A stretch of DNA of 64,000 nucleotides from an uncultured Gemmatimonadales bacterium (GTDB taxonomy: Bacteria > Gemmatimonadota > Gemmatimonadetes > Gemmatimonadales > Gemmatimonadaceae): contig CAVPQB010000004.1 of NCBI GenBank assembly GCA_963707505.1, positions 448,001 to 512,000 on the forward strand, read 5' to 3'. The position numbers and the translations under genes are program-made. This document shows positions 63,610 through 64,000 of the stretch, piece after piece. The notes beneath the pieces were generated by a model. That model ran no database searches. It saw only the letters and a program-made list of their open reading frames with translations, and was not told where the DNA came from. The first letter of the stretch is position 1, and each line of letters opens with the position of its first letter.

Positions 63610-64000
63610 ATGTTCTCGCTCAACAGGTACGTACTCGGGATCACGTTGGGTCTTGCAGTCGCAGCGTCGTCTGCGCCTGCTGCACAGGCACAGCAATACT
63701 CGATGAAGAATATGATCCACTACAAAAAACCGTCAGACTCCGAGCTGCACAACAAGCTGACTCGCGAGCAGTTCGACGTTACGCAGAACGCAGCTACAGA
63801 GACGCCGTTCCACAACGAGTACTGGAACAATCACAATCCGGGGATTTACGTCGACATAGTTTCCGGCGAGCCGCTGTTCAGCTCTACCGACAAGTTCGAT
63901 TCTGGAACGGGTTGGCCGAGTTTCACCAAGCCTCTCGTATCTGCGAACATAAAGACCGATACCGACCATCTACTCGGCTACGCCAGAACAGAGGTTCGAT
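63610..64000 (+). CDS. msrB: Exported peptide-methionine (R)-S-oxide reductase (3' truncated; absent from the ORF track)
   Basis: Hand translation [30 protein letters not shown]...[18 protein letters not shown]...[28 protein letters not shown]. Confidence 0.93.
   Translation, partial: MFSLNRYVLGITLGLAVAASSAPAAQAQQYSMKNMIHYKKPSDSELHNKLTREQFDVTQNAATETPFHNEYWNNHNPGIYVDIVSGEPLFSSTDKFDSGTGWPSFTKPLVSANIKTDTDHLLGYARTEVR

Overview
A 64-kb, GC-rich, densely coding bacterial chromosomal window. The gene content suggests Gemmatimonadota/FCB group; this is an inference, not a database result. I found no rRNA, tRNA, CRISPR array, transposase or prophage. Many genes carry 1-2-nt frameshifts that look like uncorrected long-read errors, so several calls are reconstructed across frames. 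In order, the window holds: an RND efflux trio; ppa; a membrane-anchored ECF sigma factor coupled to a DUF2723 glycosyltransferase; a tightly coupled DUF92/FAD oxidoreductase/flavin reductase/methyltransferase/SRPBCC/FabF operon; several peptidases and a GH18 enzyme; a heme A/heme O synthase operon led by a 69-aa stand-alone COX2-transmembrane-like protein; a TonB-dependent receptor; lptF-lptG-mlaE-mlaD, divergent from sprA, glutaminyl cyclase, comEA, pilB, pilT and pilC; a sigma54-driven PEP-CTERM gene; and an ECF/anti-sigma/two secreted HEAT-repeat/msrB locus sharing a GAACC-N16-CGYACA promoter motif. The best candidate for a new system is the envelope locus where an SprA-type giant translocon sits with a Bacteroidota-type glutaminyl cyclase and a type IV pilus motor. 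Nine of ten predicted SPase I substrates in the window start with Gln after cleavage (Q-rule).
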